From the NCBI GenBank assembly GCA_012295275.1, contig CM022670.1, positions 22,878,001 to 22,942,000 of the forward strand: DNA of 64,000 nucleotides. The letters are read 5' to 3'. Every line of letters starts with the position of its first letter. Positions within the stretch are counted from its first letter, which is position 1. The notes below the pieces were generated by a model, which saw only the letters and a program-made list of their open reading frames with translations, had not been told where the DNA came from and ran no database searches. Shown piece after piece: positions 62,098 through 64,000 of this stretch. The stretch comes from Chrysomallon squamiferum. Lineage: Eukaryota > Animalia > Mollusca. The position numbers and the translations under genes are program-made.

Positions 62098-63814
62098 TAA
62101 AAAAAAAATAAAAAAAAAAAATAAATAAATAAATAAATACATAAATATAGCAAAAAACACACAAAAACAACACTAACCTTTCCTTTGCTCATAAAGTTGA
62201 TGAAATGGATCAGGCTCTTTTGTTGCTTTGGTGTGAATTGCCCTTAACCTCTGAGTAAACGAAGTAATGAAAGAAAGTTTAGAACAGTAAATAACAAAAT
62301 ATACCCAGCATTACCACAGAGAAAAAGTAGTGTTTAATAAATTATAGTATAAAAACTGGAATTAAAACCTTCGTAAAAAGACCATTTTATTAGAATTTAG
62401 ATACTGTCATAAGTGAAAGAAATACAAATTTTTAAATAACAAATTTTAATAAATACATTTTCTTACATAATTTTATAAATAATAAAAGTAATTTTTTTTA
62501 TAACTATTTTACACACACATATTCAATTATATTAAAAAAAAGCAACTTTCAAATTAACAATTTTATAAAAATGAATGCATCTAAACTTATTTTAAAAGAC
62601 ATCCTCAAACTTTATAATTTGAAATAATTAAATTTACAAACTTTTATACTAAATTATTGATATATAAAAAAATAAGGAGAAAAAAAAATGAGAAATAAAT
62701 TATAAAACAATTGAATATATGTATAAAACATTTTTTACCTTGTTCAGTTTATCTGTTTCCTTCTTTATAAACCGAATATCATCGCTCAACTTCTGTTCTT
62801 CCAAAATAGTCTTCACAGTTTCCTGTCGCACTTTTTCATGTTCCTTCTGTAACCTGATGTAATTACTTAGAAAGGTTATTTAACTATCATAACAGATCAC
62901 TAACAAAAAAATAACTATTTTTTTATTCAGATGACAGACAAAATGCAGTTCTGCCATTATAAACAAGCTTTAAAATGTTTAATACAAGTTTTTATAATAA
63001 AAAAATAAAGATAAACAAATTAACCCTAAAGAAAGTTTGAAGTAGATAAATATATTAACATAAGCGCTGATAAAATGAAGATAATTTTTTTTTTCAATGA
63101 CATAAAAAATACAGTTCTGCCATTTTAAGCAAGCTTAAAAATGCCTAATACAAGTTTTTATAAGAAATATAAAAAAAAATTAATGATAAACAAATTAACC
63201 CTGAAGTTTGAAGTAGATAAATATATTAACATAATTGTAATCAATAAATACCATAAATCAAAGAAAGTAATCAAGTGACAGCCAAACTGCACTAGAACTT
63301 ATTGATCTGATCATTAACTTTCCTCATTTTTGTTGTGTTTATAGATTCCAGGATATTTACATGAAGAAATTCTTACCAGTTAGTGTCAAATGTTCTTTGA
63401 CCTTTTGTTGTAAAATAGCAACCATTATAGTTTATAACAATACTTGATAAAACAATTTTCTGTAACCTTGAGTGTTTATAACAAAAATTCCTATATCATG
63501 TCTTAAGTAGTAATTAAAATCATCAGTTTATGAAGCACTGGTTTACAGTATTGCATTGTTTGAATTGATATGCTAAGTCTATGCTATATAAATATTAAAC
63601 CATTAAACAATTACATGCACAACACAGAAAATCTTTTAAAGCAAAGAGGAAAACACTGTCTTACCTGTATGCTATTTCTTCCTGTTTTTCTATTTCAGAT
63701 TTTTCTTCAATGAGCCTAACTTGAAATTCTTCAGGTGATAGAGATGGGTTGACAGCTTTTTATACTGAAAGAGTAATTTTCATTGATAATGAAGATGTAC
63801 TATGACAAATATAT
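59226..63814 (-). CDS. 3' part of an unidentified gene with a coiled-coil region and a globular C-terminal part; exons ~63764/63814..63665, 62853..62739, 62250..62178, 60371..~60044, 59537..59396, 59240..59226
   Basis: AG/GT-bounded exons join in phase: ...EEIAYR|LQKEHEKVRQ...KLNK|RLRAIHTK...EQRK|ENAKLLEDLV...FYQW|PVEEDPLLCLSW...RLVF|LYVK*. The donor at 60044 and the 5'-most exon boundary are uncertain. Confidence 0.7.
59396..59537 (-). CDS. exon of unidentified gene (PVEEDPLLCLSWSGHS...EGDRLVF)
   Basis: Acceptor tccatcagtcag, donor TTT|GTAAGT. Confidence 0.75.
60044..60371 (-). CDS. exon of unidentified gene (ENAKLLEDLVSSDIFIPFIFNPFD...VPFYQW)
   Basis: Acceptor tttttcag in phase 1, long open frame. 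The 3' boundary is uncertain (TG|GTTAAA at 60044 or CA|GTGATC near 59978). Confidence 0.75.
62178..62250 (-). CDS. exon of unidentified coiled-coil gene (RLRAIHTKATKEPDPFHQLYEQRK)
   Basis: Acceptor ttactcag, donor AAG|GTTAGT, phase 0 to 1. Confidence 0.78.
62739..62853 (-). CDS. exon of unidentified coiled-coil gene (LQKEHEKVRQETVKTILEEQKLSDDIRFIKKETDKLNK)
   Basis: Acceptor catcag, donor AAG|GTAAAA, phase 2 to 0, heptad-like charged sequence. Confidence 0.8.
62931..63233. repeat. two-copy ~167-bp intronic tandem duplication
   Basis: 62931-63063 aligns with 63097-63233 (cagttctgccatt...aatacaagtttttataa...gtttgaagtagataaatatattaacataa). Confidence 0.9.
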
Positions 63815-64000
63815 CTGAAAGGTTAAAAAAATAATTATATGTTAAATTTAATCTCTTCACCTGATTGTAGTCTGTTTTTGTTTTTATTACATTTTTTTTT
63901 TACTGTTACTGAATTTTCTAAAGTTTTTAATAACAGAATGTTGGGAATTTAATATAATTTTATCTTTGATACTACTTTATTTCATATTTTATTATCAAAA

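Noticed and set aside
1-64000. Transposable elements, tRNA, rRNA or other ncRNA genes
   Set aside because: I recognised no transposase or reverse-transcriptase ORF, terminal repeats with target-site duplications, or tRNA/rRNA signatures. A repeat-library and Infernal/Rfam search would be needed to exclude degenerate copies.

Overview
This is AT-rich, intron-rich animal genomic DNA, not prokaryotic. An invertebrate, probably a lophotrochozoan or mollusc, is my inference from composition and protein divergence. It holds three spliced genes. (1) On the + strand, 1-11615, are the last 13 coding exons of SZT2 (KICSTOR scaffold), with consistent intron phases, plus a candidate 45-nt cassette exon. 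(2) On the - strand, about 48000-19348, is a large MISP/AKAP2(PALM2-AKAP2)-family gene. It has a 2.6-kb low-complexity exon, repeated 'IEREIR..REREEEL' motifs, several phase-matched alternative first exons and one apparent frameshift. (3) On the - strand, >63800-59226, is the 3' part of an unidentified coiled-coil gene. The most unusual observation is that two unrelated minisatellites in SZT2 (49-bp x ~17 and 27-bp x ~80) are each an amplified copy of the exon end plus its 5' splice donor, producing arrays of decoy donors. Most short ORFs in the track are microsatellite or shadow-frame artefacts. All exon models were assembled by eye from GT/AG sites and frame continuity, and family assignments rest on recalled motifs, not on database searches.
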